The translations under genes were made by a program, and so were the position numbers. The notes beneath the pieces are model-generated. The model saw only the letters and a list, made by a program, of their open reading frames with translations. It was not told the origin of the DNA and did no database searches. A stretch of DNA of 63,594 nt, counting the filler, from Choristocarpus tenellus KU-1152 (taxonomy: Eukaryota; Protista; Phaeophyceae), in the NCBI GenBank assembly GCA_964200185.2. It is 11 parts of 11 records of this genome, joined end to end, with 100 filler letters (N's around TTAATTAATTAA, not from the genome) between each part and the next. Parts side by side here need not be neighbours in the genome. Positions count along the whole stretch, not along the records: positions 1 to 7,882 come from CAXNAD020005451.1; positions 7,983 to 12,230 come from CAXNAD020015492.1; positions 12,331 to 16,990 come from CAXNAD020013579.1; 8 more parts are not named here. One strand, given 5' to 3'. Shown in pieces: positions 1-12,436 of the stretch (the first letter of the stretch is position 1; every line of letters begins with the position of its first letter).

Positions 1-2902
1 CGTGAGCAGTGCTCCGACATTGTTGAAGATCCAACCACGTTTGTGTGGTAATGCTTTCAATGCATCTTCTCTCAGTGTCAGCGTCGCGGCCCTATGATCC
101 ATTTCGTGATTTGATTATGTTGCTGCGCCACACTACTCGCACTTTCTCGTCACCTAACATCGAGCTGAGTGTCACACGGTACTTGTTTTCCCGTCGCCTC
201 TCGACAGAGAAGGGGCCAAGGGTAGATCCAGGGGGCAGAGTGGCCTCGGCGGCTCTCCTTGTCTCACCGTCGTGGTTCATGTTGCTGTGTAAGTCACGTG
301 CGTGTATGCTCATAGAAGTCTGCAAAAGGCGTAAGATGTCAGCAAAATCTTGCTTTTATTCTCGGTATCGCCACAATGGCCAAACTTGAGCAGCGACCTA
401 TCCCGAACCAGTTTTTGCAAGAAGTTCAACCAACCACTTCATTTTTGTCCGTTTTGAAGTTGTACCCTTCAAAATTGCATTTCTTGATCGGGACATAGCT
501 CCCGTTCTTCGTAGCCTGGTCATTTGTGGATACAAACCTTCAAAAGTTCTTGTCATCATACCCTTTCATTTGATATGTGCATTGTTGTATAACTGTTGTG
601 GCGTTCCCGTAAAAAAAAAGCAAAATTGACACACAGGGTGAAGCTACTGGTACCACCTTACTATGATTATCATCAATTTTACACAGGTTTAAACCAGCCA
701 AGAGGTAGGTAGGCAGAGTTGCACTTTTTAAGGATCCCGAGAAAGGACAAAATAGATGTCATTTTGTACAATGGCATAAAGAGCCTTTCCTGAACAATCC
801 AAAGTAAAGAGAGGTACCCAGGTTAGTTCACTCATATTTCTATGGATAAAGTGCTAAGTTTGAGTTGAGGACGTTGATTTCTGTGTTGTTTGAAACTTTT
901 GGACAGAATATAGAAAATATCCTATACGCGCTTGTAAAAAAAAACGAGTTTACAGATATCTTTATTAGCATGCTAATAATACAACTGTGGTACTTGTCGT
1001 TTACTTCTCATTTACCTCGACTGAACTTCACTTTGTGTGTGGAAGGGAAGAATATCAGTCTTGCTTACACTATTGTGCACATAAGGGCATGGAATAGAGG
1101 GTATTTTGCAGGATAAGGAAGATGCTTAGAATGCTAAGGAGTTCCAAACCTGCCTACCTCTCAATTGATTTGGCTCAATAACTATCGTACTGCTGCACAT
1201 GAGTGTTACATACTTAGCGCCAGATATTGTCACCGCGGGTGAGTGAGTGTCTTCCCTCGCCTAGAACCTCGTTTGCTCTCTCTGAACCATTTCCTACTCC
1301 TATCAAAACCCAAATTGCTCAAGTGATGAGGTACAACATTTGAGCCTAAGTAAAGGAGAGGTAACCACATTTTGTCTGTTGTTTTGCATTTCAAGTTTGT
1401 TCTTCAATCTTTTTGCTATTCACCCATCGTTCTATGGATGAAGCTCAAAGTTTGACTTGGGAGCGTTTATATCTCTATTGCTTGAAACGTTTGACACATT
1501 TCAGAAAAATCCTATCCGCATTTGCAAAAAAAAAGACGAATTTTGCATATATTTGTCAACACCCTTAAAATCCAACTCTGACTCTGACTCTGAGTTCCTC
1601 TCGTTTACTTTGACCCATCAGCATTCGTGGACACCCTCGTAAAATTAATTGCTATCACCAGAGGAGGGAGCTGGATTCCCAGCCAGAGATCCCAGCAGCA
1701 ATCCAGGTTTGCTACCCTAAATACGTTGGACCAAAAAATGGGCAGATTTTTTGGCTCTTCTTGAAACTTCTGACTTTTTCTTTTGTTGCCAGGGAACTGT
1801 AGGGCCTAAAATGGTGTGGATCGAATGAAGGGGTAGGTTTGAGGTTCTTTCATGCAAATGTAGCTGACCAAAATTCCTAATGGGTAGGATACAAAATCAG
1901 CCATAGATGAGTTGAAAGGTGAACGTTTTCACAATAAGGGCTGTTTGACTAGGTGGTGCTGGTGAAGACGATGTGTGCTTGAGAGGGTTGGAGACTCGGC
2001 CATCACATAACCACTCCTTCTGCTTGTCAAAATGGAAAATGAGGGACAGGCAAGCGTTTAACGGGGGACAGGAAGGAGCCATAATCCTAGTCGTAAGACG
2101 TGGTTGGTCCTGCAAGGTGGAAGAGGAGAATCGGGAAGCCCCTGAGGTTGACACGCATTGCCACAGTCCTTGAACCTCCCATGAAGGGCCTCCCCTAGTG
2201 TGGATGTAATGGAGAGGGATGGGTTATGACCTTCATCATGCTTATTACATTACTCCGGAGAAATACTACATTAATTGTAGTTGTCAGCAAATAGATGCTG
2301 CTCGCTTTCTCCCACTGCGAATAATATGGTAATATTGTAGGTAATGTGGTCTTATCTTTTCCATCCAGTACACAGGTACGGAACCCTGATCGAGACTGAG
2401 GTGAAAACGATGGTGACTGAGCACAACCGACTCTCTGAGATGCTTACCAGAGACGACTTCCACCAACCCTGTGGATCCATTGTTGGAGGAGGTGAAACAT
2501 TCTCGAGCAGAAGGAAATAATGTGGGTGAGGCGGGGAAACCTCTGGTGATGATGACAAGAGCAACCGCAGGTCAGCATGAGTACTCTGCTCAAGAAAGCG
2601 TCTAAGATCTAACAGCAGCAAGGTGATGGGGTGTCCTCTTTTTTTAGAGATGGAGGTGAGGGAGTGACAAAAAGAGGACTCAATTGGTTGGAGATCCCCC
2701 ACGAGGATACACCACAATTATACCAGGTGTTCTTCCCACCTCTGGCTAGAGGTCCTCCATCTACATGGATGGGCTAAGGTTAGAGGGGTAGTAGATGATG
2801 TGCTGCTTTCTCTTCGTTAGCTCATGTTTGGCTCACTCTTTTCACCCCAGAGGCTCCACGAACTGTCGACCCCAGCTGAGTGACACAACATAAGCATGTA
2901 TG

Positions 2903-3027
2903 GGCTCAAAGTATCTGGGAGTTTGGCGTCTGTCCTTTTGGAGTCAATTTTTTCATATCGCGATTTTTGGGTGATTTGGTTGCATACGTCGGCTGGTATA
3001 GACCCCCCCCCCCAGATACTTTGGGTC
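2903..3027 (-). mobile_element. MITE subfamily B, internally deleted, TSD ATG
   Basis: GGCTCAAAGTATCTGGG...CCCAGATACTTTGGGTC. Confidence 0.85.
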
Positions 3028-3359
3028 ATGTTGTATTTATTCCGCATTTTTTTCCATAAATGATTCATATATTAGTATTACATAGTCTATGTTTTTAGGC
3101 ACACTTGACCCACCTCTTGTACTCTCATCACAAGTGATGCGAGAGGTTATTTATTCCTTGCAGAGCGTGAAGGGCACATCGTAATCTCTTGTGGCAATTG
3201 GAGACGAGAAGAGAGAACGAAATTCCATCATTATTATCGACTTGCAGTACTTCAATTATTTTTGAAATTATGTTGAAACATCAAATATCGAGAACTTTTT
3301 GAACTTTTCTGGCATGATACAATTAAAAATATATATATATTTATGACGTATTGTGAGAC

Positions 3360-3570
3360 GCCATCTTCCAAGTAAGGTATACCTTTAAGGTGACTTACCT
3401 TTAAGTTCTGTTGGTCATATGACATCTACTTTTGCACGTTGAAGTTAACATCTGCTTGAAGTAAATATCGGGTGGTTTGAGGGGACCTTGCAAACCCCCC
3501 TCATTCACTTTTTGCTCGTTCACTCTTTCCTGGGTGATCTTCTTTCTGATCGATTCCTCTCCCTCCTGCC
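3360..3570 (+). repeat. Dispersed repeat; second copy inverted at ~49240-49465
   Basis: TTGAAGTAAATATCGGGTGGTTTGAG...CCCCTCATTCACTTTT...CGTTCACTCTTTCCTGGGTGA is shared with the reverse complement of contig 9. Confidence 0.8.
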
Positions 3571-5661
3571 TTGTCTCTCTCCTTTCCCTCCTCCTGGGGG
3601 TCTTCCCGCTCCCCTTAAGTCTGATCAACCTGTCGGCCTGTTTCCATCTGTTTCACAATTATCGTACACCACATATATATGTATATATTATATCGTTATG
3701 TCCTCTCACATCTTGCACATGTGTCAGATGAAAAGCCGATTCAATATCATAAGGAACCTGTAATAGTAAACAGATAGCGCAATATATTTATATATATTTG
3801 GATTTGAGACCCATCACTCTATGTACCTTAGGTAAGGTGCACTGTGGAATGTTTGGGGGGGGCAATTTAATGGGAAGAAATTGAATGAGCATGTCAGAAT
3901 AAGTTGATGTTGGCCCCGTCATTGAGAACTGGAAAGTGCGAATATTTCAAAACTAAAATCAAGATAAATGGGCGTGAGACGATGTGAACAGGTAGTTTTA
4001 AATGTATTATTTTGCTAGGAGTATAATTTTCCTGTGAAGTAATGTTAAAACATGTTGTTAGACAGCATAGTGGTAGTCTCAAAATATCAAGGATATCATC
4101 TTCAGATGATCCAAAGTCGTCGATTCGCACAACAACGTGCCTCCATAAAAGAACCACCTTTTTGATACAATTTATATTTTCTACTCGACAAAGGTCAATT
4201 AAGAATAAGCAAAGACTCAAGTAACTACTAATATTATTATTAGCATCGATTACTACCCCATACATGGAAACTGTTGTTAATGCTGATTGATAGGAATGAA
4301 CCCAAACATCAAAACGTCATACCAAGAAGGTCGGATCATACATCACAACCATATATACGCTATACCCTTCTTTGCCCATATCCCTTCAATCAATCAGAAC
4401 ACTTTCACTAACCAACCAATATCCCATAAGCATTCGTAGTCAAAGAGGTGAACTCTTTCCCCCCTTTTCCTTACCTACTATGTGCTATGAATCGAAATTC
4501 CCAGGAACCAGTCTTAGGTACCAGTACATACAGCATTATGGAATTCACTAAACCTTTCACTCTAACTTTTTTGATGAATCGGACTATGGGGATACCTACA
4601 ATAAACCCTAACCCTGATTCTATAAGCACTTCCTCCATAACCCGTCCGATTCATCAAAAAAGGTAATGTGGTGAAAGTTGCACATAATGAGTTAATTAGG
4701 TGAAAATCTAACATTCCGATTAAGGCAAGATTTTGATAAAGAGAACGAAGGTGGCATCTGAACTATCTTCAAGAATTTCATCAGTTCGAACCTCGCCGAC
4801 TCCAGATCTCTTTTAACGGAATCTTGTGTCGATTATAGTAAATCTGTGTGGCAAGCAGAGCAGATTGTACACCTGTACTATATTCGTACTATTATCCTGT
4901 CTGTGCTATACCACAAAAATGCTGGACCCATATCAAGGTGGAAACTTCGAGACGAGTTCAGTAGAAGATTCATTGGAGGATATGAAGCACCAAGGGATGG
5001 GATTCACGATCCCACTGCGTGAGAGAAGGAAGGAAGGAACAGAGCCAGCCAGTACAACTTAGTTGTACGACAAAAAAAAAAATTGTCACTCCAATAAGGA
5101 CGAAGAGAAAATGGATACATTTATTCATAATTTATAGAACTTAATATATTATGTGGTCTACGAACCCAGAAGGGACGAAATGGAGGTGGCTTCTGATCAT
5201 CCCATACGACCCCCTACTACTACAATGAATTGAATGGACCCCATTAGTTTAGAGAAAAGCCTGACGTACTTCTGTTCACAGAGTCTGGACTATCGCTTGT
5301 TACTGTTGTGGGTGTGAGAGTATCGACCATAATCCTAAGGAACTCCTAACCACAGCGTTTCGCGACTGGTTCGCAGGTATCTTCGTCGGACCATTGAATG
5401 GACCAAACATACCGATTTCTGGATTATTGGTGGACAGGTGAACTGCACTTTTCTCAGGGATTGTGGTTGACAGGGCACCTACAACTATCTACCCTGTTAT
5501 CACACACTACTAGTGGGCGATCTACGCTAGGTGTCACACCATTCTCATCCGCGATTAGTTAGTAGTTCAGTATGAGAATTAGTGGAGCCTGATGTGCTGA
5601 CCCCATCTATCTGGATATCATAGACAACTACTATAGTCTTGGCAGTCGCCTCTAGGATCAG

Positions 5662-5975
5662 ACCGGTCTTGAATTTTTTGAAAAGGTTGCCCAACGAGTT
5701 AAACGACGATCAACAGGTCGAATGAAAGTTCTCCATCTAAGCTATCAATTTCTGGAAAGAAATTATTTCGCAAAATTATTTTGGTAAGGTTAAATTTTAA
5801 CCGAATGTTTTCGCCACAACCTTGGAAATGTTTCGGAATGAATGATCTCGACCAAAACTATTTTTACGGAAGAATTTCTTTGTGTAAGTCTATAGCTTAG
5901 ATCAATAGCTTTCATTTGATATACTAATCGTCCATTAACTCGTTGGGCAACCATTCCAAAAAAATCAAGATTGGT
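5662..5975. repeat. ~315-bp imperfect inverted repeat, probably an old foldback MITE
   Basis: ACCGGTCTTGAATTTTTTGAAAAGGTTGCCCAACGAGTTAAACGACGAT pairs with ATCGTCCATTAACTCGTTGGGCAACCATTCCAAAAAAATCAAGATTGGT. Weaker pairing continues inward. No clear TSD. Confidence 0.75.
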
Positions 5976-6779
5976 AACCGCCAAAACTTTACGTGGGTGG
6001 ACCTCGGCTTAATACTGTTTAAACTACTCCCAGGACACTGTGATGCACTATGACCTCTGAGTTGTCGCCTGCCCCTCACAGGACACTGTGACGCACAATG
6101 AGCTCCAAGTTGTCGCCTGATGACGTTAACGTTGTGGTGCGGTCACTCCCTAAAGGATTTTAATTCGTCTGGTGCCGCCACGAGGCCGGGGCAAGGGATA
6201 TCAGCTGAGGATTTCCGTTCGTCCACAAGGCGAGAATGGGGAGTATGTTGGATAGGTTAAGGGGATAAGACAGATTTTGGCAGGGAGAGGTTTGTTTATC
6301 TCAGGGATGACCATGGATGGGGGTAAGGACAGGAATAAGAGCATGAGAAGACTTTGTAGACACTGTGTTGACAAGATGAATGTCGTGTGTGTGAGAGAGT
6401 TGAAGCAATCTGTGTTCTTTTACTTCCACTCTCATCGGGGGGGAGTATGGAAAATAGGACAATAGTGAGGTGTACCTTATTTTGTGCATGTGAGATTATT
6501 GCGTTGAATTGAGTCCAAATGTCACTAAGAGATGGTACATCTAAACTATGGAGTTCAATATTATGGGTAAGCTCTTCTGACGCAAATAATAATAAACAAA
6601 AATAGAAGATACCCTACAAAGGTCACTCTTCTAGTTCCATCCATCCATTCTTTTCACGTTCAGCAAAGGGGGTCGTGTGAGGCTCTACACCTTCTTGTCT
6701 TCACTACTGATAAATAGCAATACCTCCCAACGGGAATTGCACAGAGTGAGCCTTAGTCAACAGGTGACAATATCGCATA

Positions 6780-7050
6780 AACAGGAAATGATGGAGGAAG
6801 AGAATGGAGAGACAACAACGCTCATGTTCTCCACATGAAGATAAACTCTTCAGAATCTGACGTCAAAATCATCTCTAAATGCGCGGTTAGCGCGCGCCAC
6901 TTGGTATACCCGCGGGGATCACGCGCGGGTTAATTAATTTAAGTATGGTCCTGAATTTCTCACGATTATTAGTGGAAGTTGACCAACCGACCCATCAAAT
7001 AAGGTTCAGCATGGTGATGTGATTACAACAAACGAATTTTCATGAAAATA
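6780..7050 (+). repeat. Dispersed CpG-rich repeat; second copy inverted at ~31750-32030
   Basis: GTCAAAATCATCTCTAAATGCGCGGTTAGCGCGCG...ATTTCTCACGATTATT...AAGTTGACCAACCGA matches the reverse complement of the 31750-31990 region. Confidence 0.85.
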
Positions 7051-9141
7051 TTGTTGTTGATCAATAGTGATAACGCGACAGAATTGATATAGGAGGCGAC
7101 TGCCAACACTGTATTAGTACTATTACCTGTTTTTGTTATAGTGGAAGAAATAATAATAATAATAGTAATAATAATAATAATATTTTTTGTAATATGTGGA
7201 TAGATTTCATTGGGTTTTTTTGTGAGTCATCTACAATATTTCAATAGGTAAGATCATACAAAAAAAAGGGCCAACAACGACATATATATAATTTTCATTG
7301 GTTTCTCCCCTGACACATCTGCAAAATGTCAGAGGGCATAATAATATATATAATGACAACATAAAATTACAACAAAATTCACATCTATCTCCCAACTCAA
7401 CAAACCGATCAAGAGTAGTTGCCACTACATAAAGAAAAAAAAACACGAATCCCGAACAATATCAAATTTGTCTACGGGAATACGCATCTTCACTCAAACC
7501 CAAAAGTTCTTTCCCCCACTTGATCATGCGTAGAACCTCGTCTCTTTCAAGATCAATACGATCACCAAATAATTCCTAGAGCCATTTCTCTTTTGATATA
7601 TATTCATATATTAATCTTCTGTTCTACTCTCTATATATTTATCAAATGTTGGTATTTGATATTGAATATTGTGTACTACGTATTTGTCGACAAAATTGTC
7701 ATCAATCACTTCACTCACCTTACACCAATGTTTTAACTACTCACTCTTTTCCAGTACTATTTTCTCCTAGGAACGGTATGTGGTAATATCTCCCAATTCT
7801 CCCTATGTTTATTTATTATTATTATGCCTTCTGACATCTTGCAGATGTGTCAGGGGGAAACCAATGAAAACTATGTACATATNNNNNNNNNNNNNNNNNN
7901 NNNNNNNNNNNNNNNNNNNNNNNNNNTTAATTAATTAANNNNNNNNNNNNNNNNNNNNNNNNNNNNNNNNNNNNNNNNNNNNCCCCCCCACCGAGATACT
8001 TTGGGTCAAAGGTATCCAACCTCCTTACCCTCCAAAGAAGAGAGGAAAAAAAGAGAAGATCAGCAGGCATTATCGAGCCTGGTTGGTGGTCAAGGCCACT
8101 TTCGTGTAGAGCGGATATTGAACATTAAGTTACAAAATCTTGAAGTTGGAATCTTACTCAGCAACTAAGCTGAGTCCCAGCTCGGGTAATTCGTCTGCCT
8201 TACTCATTACATAAGTGACTGTTACCGTCAAGCACGAATCCCTTCCGTTGACACCCTCTCGCACACACATGACTTCACATGTTTGGCCATCTGATCGTGC
8301 TTAACTGTTGACAACGCTACCTCTTCAAGGTATGCTTGACCTATCTGCTTTCTCCTGGTGCAGAACAACTAACAATCCCGACAAAAAATCAGACCTTCCA
8401 CCAAACACGGACCCAATACAAGCACCAACTAAAATGCGTACCTTGAAACCTTTCTTCCAAACAGACAGCCGGACAACTGCTTCTCTATTCTCTACAGTAG
8501 TACAAGTTTGCACAAACAGACTCCCACTTGGTCTCTAGTAGAATCATGCCCGCAAATGGTAGAAAATACTCACACCATAGGAGCAGGAGCAGGAGCAGGA
8601 GTAGCAGCAGCAGCAGCAGTAGTAGTAGTCACACCAGTAGGCATACAAGTCCTTACATTGAATAGTCAAATGCTACACAAAAACCTAAGAGATGTGACAC
8701 CCCTGTAGCTGGAGGTGGATTTTTTGTTTCCTGTATCACAAAACGGAAAAAATCGAGTTAACCCCCCCCCCTCCTTCGAAAATTATCCAGTAAACAGTCA
8801 GCGAATATTTTTTCTTTGTAGGCTACAAATATATTCAAAATAATACAAAAAAAGTATTGATAGTTCTCTTTCCCCCTATCATCGCTGTGTATTCTTGTTT
8901 CGATCTACGACCATTCGTAAAAAACATTTTTTAAAAAATAATCCTTGATCTCGTTCCATGACTCCACCATTTCACTCTCCACAGAACAACAATTTTGAAC
9001 GGACCAATCACATCGAAGCCTTTCTCTTCAGGTAGTGTGCGGTCTCATGGCACTCCCAAGGCAGACCAGGACGTTACCACACGCATGGGGTAAGAGGACA
9101 AGTCACTCAGCCCCCCGCTGACGAACACCTACGGTCAGCTT

Positions 9142-11329
9142 TCAACAAGCAACACCTCCCTTCGCTGCTACATTGAGAAGTCTCTCGCAAGATGCAATAT
9201 TCACCATACTACCCCCAGCCACAGCTTCTAAGAATCCAGGCGAAACGACATCATTGCAGAGGCGGGCGTATGTGCTGAGCCCATGTGCCACACCTGTTGG
9301 TGGGAGGGTAGTCGGTACCAGGAGGAGAGAGGGGTCGGTTGTTGCTCTGTGCTCTACAGCATTTTCGTTGAAAGCAAGAGGGAAGGGGAATGAGGACATG
9401 TATGGGATCGAATCGGGATTGAAGGACTAGGACCAGATACCTGCTGTATGTCACGGATGTACCTCGGCATAGATACTGCGTAGATACAAAATGGAATCAA
9501 CTGCAGGACCGATCATGTCAATCGGAGGAAAAAAATAAATAGCACAGACATCACAAACGTCAAAATGAGATATAGTTTCGTTGGAGTGTTTCGTTTTGTT
9601 GGCAACCACACTGAGCAAGCACACAAGGAATGGGCTCGAATGTATCCATTGCAGTCCTGCCTGCCTAACCAACTGTTTCACACAGCATGAATACCAGATT
9701 CTGTTTACACAGACAGTTAGCTACTAAGTAAGGAGCAGAGTAAGGAAAAAAATGGGAACCGTGATCGATTGGGGGCAAGAACAAGACACAGACTCAGCCA
9801 TACCAAAAACTTCCATATCTGTGAATAGGGAAACCTAAGAAATCACACGTCCACGGAATCAATCCACAGCGATATGATCCGCACAGGTTAAAACCCGTTG
9901 CAGTGGAGCTGGGATATAGGGAAGAGGATCAAATGCCCACCACATAACGATACATGTGGAGACACTTGAGAGAGGACGTGACACATGAAACTCAGCCTAG
10001 GAACCTTAAAAATATCTTCTTCTGCTGTACTACAGCCATCCATGGCACTGGACCAACAAGACAAGAGTTGAATAGAAAATGTTACATCAATGCTCATCAA
10101 TAAGTAATAGAAATACACCTACCCACCCCCACCCACCCACCAACTTCGTGACTGATTAGGCCATGTCTAAAAACGGAGTATCGATTTTCTAAGATACGGA
10201 GATGAGACACAAACTTTTCAGAAACTGGAGAGGAAAGTATTATACACAAAACGCAGCATTTTTACGTTTGTGTTCAATGCCCCTACAAAAATGGACAAAA
10301 ACACAGTAGGTGCGATGAGATTCATCACCACAGTGAGACCTGAAAACTTCCGACTTTCTACTTTAATATTGGAGTAGGTTTTGCGGATCGTTAGGGTTAG
10401 GGTTCTGTAACGAATATATTTTGAAAAAGGAAATAAAAAGAAACGTGCTTCTCGTGCTATTTATGTTCTACAACCCATGCGTGCCCTCATGCTACAGGTG
10501 TATTCACTGACCTCAAGGGTGTTATCTCACCAAAACGGTCACTAAAAAGTAATTAAAAGTATCCAAAAAGAGATACAAGCGATGAGATCGGTTTCACCAA
10601 TAGCACATACCCATTGCAAAAAATAAGGGTATGAATATCGAAAATTTCCGTTCTTTCTTTCCCTTCAGATTAAAAAAAAAATCAGGATTCCCATCTCATC
10701 TCGTGATCTCACAAAAAAAAAAGCTCTGGTTGTTCACGGCCCTTACCCTCTTTTTGTCAGAGGTCGGAAAGCAAGGTAGACAGCAGGAGAGGAAATGAAA
10801 GGCGCGTTGGGGTGGGGATGGGTCATCATAAAGATTGCCCCCTTGTGCCTGATACATCCATTGACAGTTACCCGCAATCTGGTTCAAAAGTACATATTTT
10901 ACATGCACAGAGAGGTCCCCCCCAACAGGGACAGCACTTACACACACTTGCACACCTACACTTACTTACACACACACACAAACGGTTTCATCCACCGAAC
11001 ACGCCTGCCTTGTACGAACAAAACGCTTCAAAGTAAATCGCTCAGGCTATCTTACCAGAGTCCGGAGTACCCCCACCCGCCTTCAACCCTAACCCTAACC
11101 CTAGCCCTTAACGAAAAAAAAAAATCGTCAGCTTACCCTTATCTGCAAACACCGACGCAAATATGGAGGCGTGGGCCAGTCCCACCCCGGACTCAAAAAC
11201 TGAGCTAAGGACGGCCTTCACGCCTGCGGCTGCTGCTGCCCTCCGACACAGTCGAGCAGACTTTTCCATGCTGCCAAGAATAGAGGGCTTGATGACAAAG
11301 GCTGCGCAGCCTCGAAGCCTTGCCAGCTC
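9142..11329 (-). CDS. menC: 3' part of an o-succinylbenzoate synthase (MenC / PHYLLO MenC domain) gene; exons 11329-11137 and 9353-9142
   Basis: Exon ELARLRGCAAFVIKPSILGSMEKSARL...VLSSVFESGVGLAHASIFA matches MenC/PHYLLO motifs. The last exon has VAHGLSTYARL..DV, like PHYLLO AHGLGTYRWL. CAG acceptor, GTAAG donor, TAG acceptor, and the phase-1 junction G|AG keeps frame to a stop at 9142. Upstream exons were not found in this contig. Confidence 0.82.
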
Positions 11330-11829
11330 CTGTGTTCCAATCATTGGAAAGAGGGCGGGACAACAAACAAGCCAAGTTATGAATGATCATAGAAAGAGAC
11401 TGGTTCTGGTGGCGAACACATGGCAGTGCTGTGGCATGGACAAGATCAGGTGTACCCTGCCTGTGGTTTGCGAGGGGCAAGGTAGTAGAGAGAGAGAGAG
11501 AGGGAGAGAGAGAGAGAGAACACCGGAGTGTCGGTCAGCACTATCCAAGAGGAAAAAAAAAAGATTGGTTGAACAACAAAAAAAAATGAAAAGGAACGGA
11601 GTACTTACTGTGAGAGAGAAAGAGAGAAAGAGAGAGAGAGAGAGAGAGATTGCTTGAGTCAAGAAAAGGTACAGGGTACTAGCGTCGTGAGTATCAAGTA
11701 CAGTAAAGAGAGCAAAAGAGGGAGACAGGGCAGATGGCATGAGAGTTTGCATTGCCATAGAAAAAAAAGGGGAAAAAAAGAGGGAGCTACTTACTTTGAA
11801 TCGGATATATATAATGTAATCATATCTGT

Positions 11830-12013
11830 GACGCAAAGTATCTGGGGGGGGGAGGGAGGGGTCTATACCAGAGTGAGTGTCCATTTGGACCAAAACCAGG
11901 AAAAGTGCACTTTCATTATCCATCCAACGTATGGAACCAAATCACCCAAAAATCACAATATGAAAAAATTGACCCCAAATGGACAGCCGCCACCCCCTCA
12001 GGTACTTTGAGCC
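11830..12013 (+). mobile_element. MITE subfamily B, full length (184 bp), TSD CTGT
   Basis: GACGCAAAGTATCTG(n)...CAGGTACTTTGAGCC, flanked by CTGT on both sides. Confidence 0.9.
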
Positions 12014-12330
12014 CTGTGTCGTGCTTCCGTGGCACAGCACAGATTTTGTTGTTGTTGTAGAGAACGAAAACGGCTATGAAAAAAGAAAACAATTTTTATT
12101 TTTTATTTTTGGACCTCAAATAATATACGTAACGAAATTAGAAGAGGAACAGAGGATGGGTATTGAATTGAGCAGCACACTGCAACAAAAATAGCAAGTT
12201 TTTTTTTGGGGGGAACACCTGACCCCCCCCNNNNNNNNNNNNNNNNNNNNNNNNNNNNNNNNNNNNNNNNNNNNTTAATTAATTAANNNNNNNNNNNNNN
12301 NNNNNNNNNNNNNNNNNNNNNNNNNNNNNN

Positions 12331-12436
12331 CTCCGAAATATTATGGAGTAGGAAAATGTCATAAAAACCCCGAGGGAAGCCAAGCCCCAAATGGACAAAG
12401 AGGGCAAAACTCATACCCTCTAAGATACTTTCACTC
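12331..12436 (-). mobile_element. MITE subfamily A, partial at contig start
   Basis: ...GGGCAAAACTCATACCCTCTAAGATACTTTCACTC. Confidence 0.85.

Noticed and set aside
45-610. Possible exons at the window start (minus strand)
   Set aside because: An acceptor-like site exists near 320, but I found no recognisable motif or consistent gene model.
11654-12010. Recurrent short ORFs with motifs such as HLDQNQEKC...SPKN and ESILEGTSFALFVHLGL
   Set aside because: Chance translations of MITE B and A. Frames and strands differ among copies.
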